From: an uncultured Spirochaetales bacterium
Lineage (GTDB): Bacteria; Desulfobacterota_D; UBA1144
DNA length: 64,000 nucleotides
Direction: 5' to 3'
Assembly: GCA_964440275.1 (NCBI GenBank)
Contig: CAYTRR010000012.1
Span: forward strand, 8,146 to 72,145
Shown here: in pieces, positions 11,474 to 21,750 of the stretch
Layout of the letters: each line of letters begins with the position of its first letter
Numbering within the stretch: the first letter of the stretch is position 1
Program-made: the position numbers and the translations under genes
The notes under the pieces: model-generated
Databases searched by the model: none
Seen by the model: only the letters and a program-made list of their open reading frames with translations
Told to the model about the DNA's origin: nothing

Positions 11474-12709
11474 ATGTCAGATGGATATGTAATTAATCTA
11501 AGTTGTACATCTAGCGACTGTAATCAAAAATTTGAGAAAAAAGATTACTATGTCTGTGATTTTTGTTTTGCCCCACTAGAAGTGCGTTATGATTATGAAA
11601 AAATAAAAAAAGATTTATCTATAAAAAAAATTGAATCAAGAGATAAAAATATGTGGAGATATAGAGAGCTCCTACCTCTTGATGGTGCACCCACTGTTGG
11701 TTCCAATGTTGGATATACACCACTAATCAAAGCTTCTAATTTAGCAAAGAAACTAGGATTGAAAGAGCTGTACATTAAAAATGACGGAGTTAATCATCCT
11801 TCTCTGTCATTCAAAGATAGGGTTGTAGCGGTAGCTCTTTCAAAAGCAAAAGAACTTGGTTTTAAAACTGTTGGATGCGCATCAACTGGGAATCTAGCCA
11901 ATTCAGTTTCAGCTCAAGCTGCTGCTTCTGGTTTAAAAAGCTTTGTCTTTATTCCCTCAGATTTAGAAGAATCAAAAATTATTGGAACTAGCATATATGG
12001 TTCAAACGTTGTTGCAGTTAAAGGGAATTACGATGAAGTAAACAGACTCTGCACGGAAGTTTTAGGCTATAACAAATGGGGCTTTGTTAATATAAATTTG
12101 AGAACTTATTATTCTGAAGGTTCAAAAACTGTCGCATATGAAATTTTAGAACAACTAGGATGGGTAGCTCCTAAACATATTGTTGTATGTATGGCTAGTG
12201 GTTCTCTTCTGACAAAAATACATAAAGGAGTTAAAGAATTCGAGAACTTAGGATTAGTTGGTTCTAACAATACCAAGATATATGGAGCTCAAGCAACAGG
12301 ATGTTCACCTATTTCAACTGCTGTAAAAAATGATTGGGAAACATTTAAGCCAGTAAAGCCAAATACTATAGCAAAATCTCTTGCGATTGGTAATCCTGCT
12401 GATGGAATCAACGCAATCAATTTGTTGAAATCAATTAACTCGTATTCTGAAGATGCAACAGATGAAGAAATTGTTGAAGCTATGTTTTTACTCGCTGAAA
12501 CCGAAGGAATTTTTACTGAGACGGCTGGAGGCGTAACACTTGCATGTGCTAAAAAATTAATAGAAGACGGAAAAATCCCAAAGGATGAGTCCATTGTTCT
12601 TGTTATAACTGGGAATGGCTTAAAAACTCAGGATCCACTAGTGAATAAAATTTCAAAACCTTTTATAATAGAACCAAACATAGATTCATTTAAAAAGGAA
12701 TTTAATTAA
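11474..12709 (+). CDS. thrC: Threonine synthase with N-terminal zinc ribbon (CxxxxC...CxxC)
   Basis: N-terminal LSCTSSDCNQKFEKKDYYVCDFCFAPLEVRYDY zinc ribbon; PLP site LSFKDR; 411 aa as in archaeal/bacterial-type ThrC. Confidence 0.85.
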   Translation: MSDGYVINLSCTSSDCNQKFEKKDYYVCDFCFAPLEVRYDYEKIKKDLSIKKIESRDKNMWRYRELLPLDGAPTVGSNVGYTPLIKASNLAKKLGLKELYIKNDGVNHPSLSFKDRVVAVALSKAKELGFKTVGCASTGNLANSVSAQAAASGLKSFVFIPSDLEESKIIGTSIYGSNVVAVKGNYDEVNRLCTEVLGYNKWGFVNINLRTYYSEGSKTVAYEILEQLGWVAPKHIVVCMASGSLLTKIHKGVKEFENLGLVGSNNTKIYGAQATGCSPISTAVKNDWETFKPVKPNTIAKSLAIGNPADGINAINLLKSINSYSEDATDEEIVEAMFLLAETEGIFTETAGGVTLACAKKLIEDGKIPKDESIVLVITGNGLKTQDPLVNKISKPFIIEPNIDSFKKEFN

Positions 12710-12719
12710 GGAGAACAAA

Positions 12720-12995
12720 ATGGCAACAGTAAAAATACCTACACCACTCAGGAGATTGACTGGAGAAAAAGATGAAATCAAAACAACTGCTGAAAATGTA
12801 GCGGAAATGATTTTGGACTTAGAAAAACAGTTCCCTGGAATGCAAGAACGTCTATGTGACAACGATGGAACTATAAGAAAATTTATAAATATTTACGTTA
12901 ACGAAGAAGATATAAGATTTATTGATGGTGAAAAAACTAACATAAACGAGAACGATGTTGTTTCAATAATTCCTGCAATTGCTGGTGGCTTTTAA
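12720..12995 (+). CDS. MoaD/ThiS-like sulfur-carrier protein ending ...AIAGGF (GG plus one extra residue)
   Basis: 91 aa beta-grasp-sized protein ending GGF, 10 nt after thrC; stop overlaps the dnaJ stop (convergent). Confidence 0.6.
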   Translation: MATVKIPTPLRRLTGEKDEIKTTAENVAEMILDLEKQFPGMQERLCDNDGTIRKFINIYVNEEDIRFIDGEKTNINENDVVSIIPAIAGGF

Positions 12996-14056
12996 TTAAA
13001 AAAATCTTTTATTTTATTTAAATAATCAGAGATAGGATTAGCTGAATCATTATCAATTTCTTTTTGGAATTCTTCCATTAGCTCTTTTTGCTTAGAAGAT
13101 ATATTTGTAGGAAAGACTACATTGAGCTTTACATACAAATCTCCAACTCCGGATGAATTAATCCTTTGAATGCCCTTTCCTTTGAGTCTCATGACCCTTC
13201 CATGGTGAGTTCCTGGTGGAACTTTCACTTCAGATTTACCATCTAAAGTTGGAATATCAACAGTACCTCCAATTACAGCTTGAGGGATGCTTATTGGCAC
13301 TTCGCAAATTATGTTCTCACCTTCTCTTGTAAAGAAGGGGTGATCTTTGACCACTATATTCACAAATAAATCACCTCTGGATCCAGAGTCAAAAGGTGCA
13401 TTCCCTTCTCCTTCGATCCTCAGAGTAAGTCCCGTATCTACCCCAGCAGGAATCGGAATACTTACTGTTTTATTCTCAGTATCTTCTGGGAACGCTCCTG
13501 CGCCGCCACATGATCCGCATGTCCTTCTTGTTTCAAAAGGACCTAGTCTCTGTGAAACTCCACCTGCTCCGTTACAAGCATTACAGACCTTATAGGTTTT
13601 AATTCTTCTTATTGGGACTTTTTTCTCAACCCCTTTTACCGCTTCGTCGAATTCTAGAATTACTTCAACTCTTAAATCATTACTCTTGCTTTGTCTTCTA
13701 CTACTTCTACCCCCACCTCCAAAAAAATCCTCAAAAGCTGAACCTTCTAATATGTCCTCTAAATTGATTCCACCACCAGGAAATCCTCCTCCTGGGAATC
13801 CACCTCCTGGAAACCCACCTCCAGCTCCGCCTCCTTCAAATGCGGCTGATCCAAAAGTGTCATATTGAGTCCTTTTCTCGCTATCACCAAGAACTTGGTA
13901 AGCTTCATTAATTTTTTTAAATTTATCCTCAGCTTTTTTATCACCTTTGTTTCTATCAGGGTGGTATTTAAAAGCTAGCTTTTTATATGCTTTTTTTATT
14001 TCTTCTTCAGTAGCACTTTTTGATACACCAAGAGTAGAATAAAAATCCTTACTCAT
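12992..14056 (-). CDS. dnaJ: Chaperone DnaJ
   Basis: J-domain HPD (KYHPDRN); G/F-rich linker ([17 protein letters not shown]); CxxCxGxG zinc-finger repeats. Confidence 0.9.
   Translation of the reverse strand: MSKDFYSTLGVSKSATEEEIKKAYKKLAFKYHPDRNKGDKKAEDKFKKINEAYQVLGDSEKRTQYDTFGSAAFEGGGAGGGFPGGGFPGGGFPGGGINLEDILEGSAFEDFFGGGGRSSRRQSKSNDLRVEVILEFDEAVKGVEKKVPIRRIKTYKVCNACNGAGGVSQRLGPFETRRTCGSCGGAGAFPEDTENKTVSIPIPAGVDTGLTLRIEGEGNAPFDSGSRGDLFVNIVVKDHPFFTREGENIICEVPISIPQAVIGGTVDIPTLDGKSEVKVPPGTHHGRVMRLKGKGIQRINSSGVGDLYVKLNVVFPTNISSKQKELMEEFQKEIDNDSANPISDYLNKIKDFFN
13771..13830 (-). repeat. Four imperfect 15-bp tandem repeats encoding the (GGFPG)n linker of DnaJ
   Basis: ccaccaccaggaaat / cctcctcctgggaat / ccacctcctggaaac / ccacctccagctccg, read directly. 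Confidence 0.6.
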
Positions 14057-14732
14057 CAGAATCTCCTTTACCGGATGACACTGTTACCAAGGTTGGTCTG
14101 AAAAGTTTATCTTTGATTAGATAACCATCTTGAATAATATTTATTATTTTATCTTTATCAATCTGATCTGACTTGCTAACTTCTAATGCTTCATGGAATG
14201 TAGGATCGAACTCATCATCAACAGAACATTTTATTTTTTCTATACTATTTTTTTTGAGGAAACCATCACATTCTTTAAAAACTGCTGACATACCTTTATA
14301 AAAACTTGAGTCTTTATTATCTTTTTCATATAAAATCAATCCTCTTTCAAAATTATCTATAAAATTTAATACTTCTTTTAATACAGTTTCTTTAGCATAA
14401 TTTGAAGCAGAATCTTTGTCTTGCAATGATCTCTTTTTATAATTTTCGAATTCCGCAGCAAGTCTTAACAGTTTTTCGTTAACTGCTTTCTGTGCTTCTT
14501 CAAGATTTTCTACTAAAGAAAGATATTCGGCTTCAGAATCATTATCCTTAAAAAAGAATATTAAACCGTTTGGGAAATCGTTATCTTCAGACAAATCGAA
14601 ACTAAATGACTCTAGATTTTGTTTCGTGGATTCGCTTTTTATATTTAAATTCTTGAGCAATTCGACAAGATCATCTTTTTTTTTAATTTCTTTATTATGT
14701 ACTTCTACATTATTTTCTTTTTCAGATTCCAT
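14049..14732 (-). CDS. grpE: Nucleotide exchange factor GrpE
   Basis: 227 aa; coiled-coil N-terminus; central AEFENYKKR... pattern; sits between rpmE and dnaJ. Confidence 0.85.
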   Translation of the reverse strand: MESEKENNVEVHNKEIKKKDDLVELLKNLNIKSESTKQNLESFSFDLSEDNDFPNGLIFFFKDNDSEAEYLSLVENLEEAQKAVNEKLLRLAAEFENYKKRSLQDKDSASNYAKETVLKEVLNFIDNFERGLILYEKDNKDSSFYKGMSAVFKECDGFLKKNSIEKIKCSVDDEFDPTFHEALEVSKSDQIDKDKIINIIQDGYLIKDKLFRPTLVTVSSGKGDSDE

Positions 14733-14786
14733 AACATTCTCAAATATTGTAGATTGTGTTCTTTCTTTTAGTGCCGAACATAAGAA

Positions 14787-15032
14787 TTATTGTTGCTTGT
14801 TGTACTTTTTGTTGAACTTCTCTATTCTTCCTGTCGTTCCGCCAGATCTCTCTTTGCCCGAATAGAATGGATGAGATGAGCTAGAAATCTCTACTTTAAC
14901 TAAAGGATACTCCTTGCCCTCATGAGTTATTGTTTCATCTGTCTCAACAGTAGAGGAAACTATAAAATTATCATCTGTAGTGATATCTTTAAATAAAACT
15001 TTTCTATAATTGGGGTGTATATCCTTTTTCAT
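14787..15032 (-). CDS. rpmE: 50S ribosomal protein L31, type B (no CxxC zinc motif)
   Basis: [12 protein letters not shown]...[13 protein letters not shown]...[10 protein letters not shown]; no Cys pairs. Confidence 0.85.
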   Translation of the reverse strand: MKKDIHPNYRKVLFKDITTDDNFIVSSTVETDETITHEGKEYPLVKVEISSSSHPFYSGKERSGGTTGRIEKFNKKYNKQQ

Positions 15033-15068
15033 AGGTGAAAATACTAACAGCTCAACTAAAATTTACAA

Positions 15069-16969
15069 CTATTTATCAGTAAATTCAGCATCAACTACAT
15101 CATCTTTGTTGTTTTCATTTTTTTTGTCATTGGTTTCTGCGCCTGATGCTTCATTTTCAGCTTGTTTGCTTGCCTCCTTGTACATTTTTTCAGCTAATGA
15201 ATGTGACACTTTAGTTAATTCCTCTGATGCTGTTTTAAGATCATCAACATTTTCTGAAGTTAATGCTTCTTTAGCTTTTGCTACAGCTTCTTCAATCTCT
15301 TTTTTCTCTGATTCATCAATTTTATCAGAATTCTCAGAAACTGTCTTTTCAGTAGAATAAACAAGTTGGTCTAGGTTGTTTCTTTCGGATATAAGCTCTT
15401 TCTTCTTTTCGTCTTCTTCTGATTTAGATTCAGCGTCTTTTACCATATTGTCTATTTCGTCCTCTGAAAGACCAGATGAAGCTTCTACTTTAATTTTCTG
15501 CTCTTTGTTTGTAGCTTTATCAAGTGCTGAAACATTTAAAATTCCAGAAGAATCAATATCAAAAGCAACCTCAATTTGTGGTACACCTCTAGGTGCTGAG
15601 GCGATACCATCTAAAATAAATTTAGCCAGAGTTCTATTATCTGAAGCTATAGACCTTTCTCCTTGTGTCACATGGATTTCAACACTTGGTTGGTTGTCTT
15701 GGGCCGTGCTAAAAATTTGACTTTGTCTTGCTGGAATAGTTGTATTTCTGGAAATGATAACTGTGTTGACACCCCCAAGAGTTTCTATACCTAGTGACAA
15801 CGGTGTAACATCAAGTAAAAGTACATCTTTAACATCTCCACTCAATACAGCTCCTTGTATTGAAGCTCCTAGTGCAACAACTTCATCTGGGTTGATACCT
15901 TTATGAGGTTCTTTTCCGAAAAAATCAGTAACTGTTTGTTGGACTAAGGGTATTCTTGTTGAACCACCTACTAGAATTACTTCATTTATTTCTGAGGCTT
16001 TAAGTCCGGCATCTTTAAGCGCATTCTTGCAAGGCTCTAATGAAGATTTAACTTTTGAATCGATTATTTGTTCTAATTTTGATCGTGATAATTTAACTAA
16101 GAGATGTTTAGGACCATTTTGGTCAGCTGTTATAAAAGGTAAATTAACTTCTGTTTCAACAGAAGATGAGAGTTCAATCTTAGCCTTTTCAGCTCCTTCT
16201 CTTAGTCGTTGAAGTGCCATCTTATCAGATGTAAGGTCAACTCCGTTTTCTTTTTTAAATTCTGATGCAAGGAAATCAATTATTAATCTATCAAAATCAT
16301 CTCCACCTAAAGAAGTGTCACCATTTGTAGATTTAACTTCAATAACACTATCTCCAACTTCTAATATTGAAATATCAAAAGTTCCTCCTCCTAAATCATA
16401 TACTGCTATTAAACCATCTTTCTTTTTATCGAAACCATAAGCCAAAGCTGCTGCTGTGGGTTCGTTAATAATTCTATCCACATTTAATCCTGCAATTTTG
16501 CCTGCGTCTATAGTAGCCTGTCTTTGACTATCATTAAAATAAGCTGGTACTGTTACAACCGCATCGGTAACTTTAGCACCTAGATAAGCCTCAGCTGCGC
16601 TTTTAAGTTTTGATAACACATTGGCTGAAATTTGTGGTGGAGAATATTCGTTGTCATCTATTTTAATCCAGGCGTCACCTTTCTCGTTTTTGACTACTTC
16701 GTATGGTAACACCTTTCTGTCGTTGTTAGTTTCTTCAAATCTTCTGCCGATTAATCTTTTTGCAGAATATACAGTCTTTCTGGATTAACAACAGCCTGTC
16801 TCTTTGCAGGCTCTCCAACCAATATTTCATTATCTTTTTTGCCAAAACTTACTACTGATGGAGTAGTCCTGTTTCCTTCTTCGTTAATTATAACTTTAGG
16901 CTCGTTCGACTCGACAATCGCTACACATGAATTAGTAGTTCCTAAGTCAATTCCTATTACTTTTCCCAT
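15069..16969 (-). CDS. dnaK: Chaperone DnaK, interrupted by an apparent -1 frameshift near 16775-16780 (N-terminal 72-aa ORF 16751..16969 plus main ORF 15069..16712)
   Basis: Upstream [15 protein letters not shown]...NPER; the other frame continues [28 protein letters not shown]. One missing A in an AGAAAGA run restores the frame. Confidence 0.9.
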
Positions 16970-17032
16970 TAAAAGACACCTCTTCTATTCGATATTCCTA
17001 GAAGCTAATCATTAAAATTAGTATGTCAAGAC

Positions 17033-18190
17033 TTAAATAAGACCAACTACAGTTGTAGCTGCTTCTTTCATTGTAGTAACTGCAGTAATGTTAAGATCTG
17101 ATTCTTCTAAAATCTTTTTTCCAAGATCAACGTTTGTTCCCTCTAACCTAACAACTAAAGGCACTTCTATGCCTACTTCTTTAGCTGCTGTTATAATGCC
17201 TTCGGCAATGGTGTCACACTTCATAATTCCACCAAAGATATTCACCAGGATTGCTTTAACATTATCATCGCTTAGTATCATCTTAAAAGCTTGAGTAACC
17301 TGCTCAACAGATGCTCCACCACCTACATCTAAGAAATTAGCTGGTTCGGCACCATGATGCTTTATGATGTCCATAGTAGCCATAGCTAGCCCAGCTCCAT
17401 TTACAAGGCACCCTATATTGCCATCTAGCTTAACGAAGCTAAAATCCCACTTCTTCGCTTCAAGCTCAGAAGGTTCCTCTTCTGTAGGGTCATGTAATTC
17501 AGAATATTCTTTATGTCTAAAAGCTGCATTGTCGTCAAAATTAATTTTAGCATCTAAGGCTTTTACAATATTTTCTTCGGTAATAATTAATGGATTGACT
17601 TCAACTAGAGCGCAGTCCATTTGGGTAAACAAATTATACATTCCATTTATTATTGCATTCAATTGTTTGGTTTGGTCTTTGTCAAAACCAAGAAAATAAG
17701 CAATCTTTCTTACATGGAAGGGTTGTATTCCTACCACAGGATCTATTGGTTGAGTAAGCAGTTTCTCAGGTTCTTCTTCAGCTACTTTTTCAATATCAAC
17801 GCCACCTTCAGGGCTAGCAATTATTACATTTTTCTCTGATTTTCTATCAGTAACAAATGAAAGATAAAACTCTTTTATAATAGAAGATGCCTCTTCAACA
17901 TAAACCTTGTTAACCACTTTTCCTTCCGGTCCAGTTTGATGAGTTACAAGCGTCATACCTAGCATATTTTCTACGTGCTCCTTAACTTCATTTGGAGTTT
18001 TAACAAGCTTTACACCTCCGGCTTTACCTCTACCTCCCGCATGAATTTGTGCCTTAACTACATACTCTTTAGCATTTATAGATTGTGCATACTGTTCAGC
18101 TGCTTCTGCATCTTCAAAAACTTCTCCTTTAGAAGTAGTTATATTAAATCTTCTAAACAAATCTTTGGCTTGGTACTCATGAATATTCAT
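17033..18190 (-). CDS. sucC: Succinyl-CoA ligase beta subunit (no sucD downstream)
   Basis: MNIHEYQAKDLF...ATP-grasp; 385 aa; next gene downstream is dnaK. Confidence 0.9.
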   Translation of the reverse strand: MNIHEYQAKDLFRRFNITTSKGEVFEDAEAAEQYAQSINAKEYVVKAQIHAGGRGKAGGVKLVKTPNEVKEHVENMLGMTLVTHQTGPEGKVVNKVYVEEASSIIKEFYLSFVTDRKSEKNVIIASPEGGVDIEKVAEEEPEKLLTQPIDPVVGIQPFHVRKIAYFLGFDKDQTKQLNAIINGMYNLFTQMDCALVEVNPLIITEENIVKALDAKINFDDNAAFRHKEYSELHDPTEEEPSELEAKKWDFSFVKLDGNIGCLVNGAGLAMATMDIIKHHGAEPANFLDVGGGASVEQVTQAFKMILSDDNVKAILVNIFGGIMKCDTIAEGIITAAKEVGIEVPLVVRLEGTNVDLGKKILEESDLNITAVTTMKEAATTVVGLI

Positions 18191-18958
18191 TTAAGCAGCC
18201 TCCTTATTGAAAAATTTATTTCTTAATTTTCTCCAAATCCAAAGAACTGGATCAAAATAACGATCAACAACCCTTTCTTTGACTGGGATAATAGCATTAT
18301 CGGTAATTTGAATATCTTCAGGGCATACATTAGTACAGCATCTTGTAATATTACACATTCCTGAGCCATGCTCTTCCTTGGCAGCAGGTATCCTGTCAAC
18401 CATGTCTAAAGGATGCATGTCTAAGCCAGCTATCCTAAGCATGAAGCGTGGTCCAACAAACTTATCTTTTTTGTCATGATCTCTTAACACATGACAGACG
18501 TTCTGACAAAGATAACATTCAATGCATTTTCTAAATTCCTGTATTCTATCAACGTCTTCCTGCATCATTTCATAGTCACCATTTGCATTTTTTAATTCTG
18601 GATTAGGTGTAAATGGTGTAATTTTTTTATTTTGTTCATAGTTCCATGATACATCGGTCACTAAATCTTTAATTATTGGAAATGTTCTAATTGGTCTAAC
18701 ATAAATAGTATCTTCTGGGCTGTATTCGTTCATACGAGTCATGCAAGAAAGTTTAGGTTGTCCGTTAATTTCGACACTACAAGAACCACATTTACCAGCT
18801 TTGCAATTCCATCTTACAGCTAAATCAGTAGCTTGCTCAGCTTGAATACGATGAATTACATCTAGGACGACCATGCCTTTGTCTACTTCAATCTTGTACT
18901 CCTGCAATTGTCCTCCTGATTTATCCCCCCTGTATATTCTAAAGTTTCTAATAGCCAT
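18191..18958 (-). CDS. sdhB: Succinate dehydrogenase/fumarate reductase iron-sulfur subunit
   Basis: 2Fe-2S CxxxxCxxC...C motif; 4Fe-4S/3Fe-4S cysteine clusters (CIECYLCQNVC, CTNVCP). Confidence 0.9.
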   Translation of the reverse strand: MAIRNFRIYRGDKSGGQLQEYKIEVDKGMVVLDVIHRIQAEQATDLAVRWNCKAGKCGSCSVEINGQPKLSCMTRMNEYSPEDTIYVRPIRTFPIIKDLVTDVSWNYEQNKKITPFTPNPELKNANGDYEMMQEDVDRIQEFRKCIECYLCQNVCHVLRDHDKKDKFVGPRFMLRIAGLDMHPLDMVDRIPAAKEEHGSGMCNITRCCTNVCPEDIQITDNAIIPVKERVVDRYFDPVLWIWRKLRNKFFNKEAA

Positions 18959-18966
18959 TTTTGCTC

Positions 18967-20823
18967 CTATCCTAATCTATCATTAAGGACTTCTTTGTCT
19001 AACTCATCTATAGTTGAATTTGCTATTCTGACTAACTCTGGATTAGCATCTGGTCTTTCGATCTTTTCAGTTTTCATTGAACCATCTTCGCTCTTACTAA
19101 CCACTACATTATACTTTAGCCATTCGTCTCTTTCACCAGGACAATCAATTCTTGTATGAGCACCTCTACTTTCCTCTCTTAAGAAAGCTGATTGCGCAAC
19201 AGCTTCAGCAGTAATTATAAGACTTTTAAGTGATAATGCTTCGTGCCATCCTGGGTTAAATTGACAAGCTCCATCCGCTTTAACGTCTTTATATTTTTCT
19301 TTAAAGTTTTGCAGCTGCTCAATTCCAGAAGTTAATAATTCATTAGAACGAACTATACCGACAGTGTCCTGCATTGATTCTTGTAATTCTTCATGAAGAA
19401 GATATGGATTAACCCCTGTATCTCTATTAAGTATATCCGTAGCTGTACGTATACTTTTTTTAACTTGTTCATTGTCAATTCCTGGAGAAGATGCCAAATT
19501 AGTAATGTAGTCAGCGGCTCCATCTCCTGCTAGTTTACCAAATACCAAAAGATCGGATAAGGAATTTCCTCCGAGCCTATTCGCTCCATGCATGCCTCCT
19601 GATGCTTCACCACATGCAAACAGTCCTTCTACTTTTGACATTTGAGTTTCTGGGTCAACTTTTATACCTCCCATGAAATAGTGCAAAGTAGGACCGACCT
19701 CCATGGGATCTTTTGTAATATCTAATTCAGCTAGTATTTTAAATTGGTGATACATTGAAGGTAATTTCTTCTTTATGTCTTCTGCAGTCCTTTGAGTCGC
19801 AATATCTAAAAAAGCTCCACCATGTGGGGACCCCCTCTCCGCTTTTACTTCTGCTCTTATAGCACGTGCAACAACATCTCTCGTTAAAAGCTCTGGTGGT
19901 CTTCTAGCACTTTTATCGCCTGAGACAAATCTTGAAGCTTCTTCCTCAGTATCAGCAGTTTCGACAGCAAATGCTTCGGGGACGTTGTCAAACATAAACC
20001 TTCTACCTTCATTGTTTACTAGTATCCCTCCTTCTCCTCTTACGCCTTCTGTAACTAGAGTTCCTCTTACAGATGGTGGCCATACCATTCCAGTTGGATG
20101 GAATTGAGTAAATTCCATATCCATTAATTCTGCTCCTGCATCATAAGCCATTGCATAACCGTCACCAGTATATTCCCAAGAATTTGAAGTTATCTTCCAG
20201 GCCTTACCTCCACCTCCAGTTGCCAAGATAATGGCTTTGGCTTTAAAAATTACAAAATCTCCACTATCTCGCCAAATAGATACCATTCCTGCAACCTTAT
20301 TCCCATCTTTTAATAAATCTAGTCCAGTACATTCCATGTATATATCAATCCCTTGATGAACTCCATGGTCCTGGAGTGTTCTAATTATTTCTAAACCTGT
20401 TCTATCACCAACATGAGCTAAACGAGGATATCTGTGACCTCCAAAATTTCTCTGGTTAATTAAACCTGTCTTAGTTCTATCAAATACGGCCCCCCACTCT
20501 TCTAGTTCTCTAATACGACTTGGAGCTTGCTTTGCATGTAATTCAGCCATTCTCCAGGTATTAAGGAACTTTCCTCCTCTCATTGTGTCTCTGAAATGAA
20601 TTTTCCAATCATCTCTTTCGTCAACATTAGCTAGAGATGCGGCTACTCCACCTTCGGCCATAACTGTATGAGCTTTACCTAATAATGATTTACATACTAA
20701 ACCAGTGCTTAAGCCACGACCTGAACACTCAATAGCAGCTCTAAGTCCTGCTCCACCAGCTCCAACAACAATTACATCATGCTCAACTATCTTTATTCCA
20801 TCTAGATCCATTAATACCCCCAA
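18967..20823 (-). CDS. sdhA: Succinate dehydrogenase/fumarate reductase flavoprotein subunit
   Basis: VIVVGAGGAGLRAA FAD motif; covalent-FAD His context (KAHTVMAEGG); 618 aa. Confidence 0.95.
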   Translation of the reverse strand: MGVLMDLDGIKIVEHDVIVVGAGGAGLRAAIECSGRGLSTGLVCKSLLGKAHTVMAEGGVAASLANVDERDDWKIHFRDTMRGGKFLNTWRMAELHAKQAPSRIRELEEWGAVFDRTKTGLINQRNFGGHRYPRLAHVGDRTGLEIIRTLQDHGVHQGIDIYMECTGLDLLKDGNKVAGMVSIWRDSGDFVIFKAKAIILATGGGGKAWKITSNSWEYTGDGYAMAYDAGAELMDMEFTQFHPTGMVWPPSVRGTLVTEGVRGEGGILVNNEGRRFMFDNVPEAFAVETADTEEEASRFVSGDKSARRPPELLTRDVVARAIRAEVKAERGSPHGGAFLDIATQRTAEDIKKKLPSMYHQFKILAELDITKDPMEVGPTLHYFMGGIKVDPETQMSKVEGLFACGEASGGMHGANRLGGNSLSDLLVFGKLAGDGAADYITNLASSPGIDNEQVKKSIRTATDILNRDTGVNPYLLHEELQESMQDTVGIVRSNELLTSGIEQLQNFKEKYKDVKADGACQFNPGWHEALSLKSLIITAEAVAQSAFLREESRGAHTRIDCPGERDEWLKYNVVVSKSEDGSMKTEKIERPDANPELVRIANSTIDELDKEVLNDRLG

Positions 20824-21674
20824 GTGTTGTAATCAACCCAAGTTCCATTCGCTACTAACCTTACGTAAATATCGGCAAAAGCAACCCATATCATGCTAAT
20901 CCAAGCCCACAATTGATGTCTACTGTTTAGCCAAGAGACTCCTTGCCAGATTCTATAATTAAAAGTAGGTTTACCTTTAGGGCAAGTGTAACAATCCTTT
21001 CCGCCACCAACTACATGTCGAAATGCATGACATCCAAAAGTGTAGCCAGCTAGAAAAATTGGATTTAACAATAATATTACAGTACCTACACCTATACCTA
21101 GTTCACCATTTCTAAAAAAAGCAAGAAGTGCATCGTAAGACAAAATAACTATGAAAAGTAATGCTATGTACATTGTATATCTATGTAGATTTTGAAAAAT
21201 AAATAAATTTGTTTCACCCTTGTAATCATCTTGATGTATGCCTTTGACAGCACATGCAGGAGGTGCCATAAAATAGGCTCTATAATAAAATTTTCTGTAA
21301 TAGTAACAAGTCAATCTAAATGAAAGTGGACCAAATAAAATAAAAATTGCTGGAGATGCTGGAATAAGATTTGGCCACCAAGTAGGCCATGAACCAAGCA
21401 AGCTATGACTTAATGGTGCAGAACCTAATGCTGTAGGTTCAATAAATACAAGTGGAGAATAAAAAGGTGAAAGATATCCGCCGAAACCACCTGCTCCAGC
21501 ACTCCACCAGTAATAATCTGCTTCAAATACTGCCCATGTTGTGTAAATAACAAATGCAAAAAAGCCTAGACCAGTCCACAATGGTTCTATCCACCAATTA
21601 TCTAATCTATTTGTAGAACCCAAACGGATAGTGCCAGAAGAATTTTTTATTTCAGCCATTACAAGAATCTCCAA
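20811..21674 (-). CDS. Putative membrane anchor / cytochrome b subunit of the SdhAB complex (atypical, 287 aa, Trp/Tyr-rich; family uncertain)
   Basis: Polytopic membrane protein overlapping the sdhA start by 13 nt. Several conserved-looking His residues, but not a canonical SdhC/SdhD pair. Confidence 0.5.
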   Translation of the reverse strand: MEILVMAEIKNSSGTIRLGSTNRLDNWWIEPLWTGLGFFAFVIYTTWAVFEADYYWWSAGAGGFGGYLSPFYSPLVFIEPTALGSAPLSHSLLGSWPTWWPNLIPASPAIFILFGPLSFRLTCYYYRKFYYRAYFMAPPACAVKGIHQDDYKGETNLFIFQNLHRYTMYIALLFIVILSYDALLAFFRNGELGIGVGTVILLLNPIFLAGYTFGCHAFRHVVGGGKDCYTCPKGKPTFNYRIWQGVSWLNSRHQLWAWISMIWVAFADIYVRLVANGTWVDYNTWGY

Positions 21675-21750
21675 TTAAAACAAAATCTGCTGATAACAAC
21701 GCTAAACATTATAATAACTGAATTAGTTAAAACGTTGATAAAAATATTTT

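Noticed and set aside
16970-17032. Heat-shock regulatory element upstream of dnaK (CIRCE inverted repeat or a sigma-32 promoter)
   Set aside because: No TTAGCACTC-N9-GAGTGCTAA inverted repeat. A CTTGACA box is present but no CCCCAT-like -10, so I do not annotate it.
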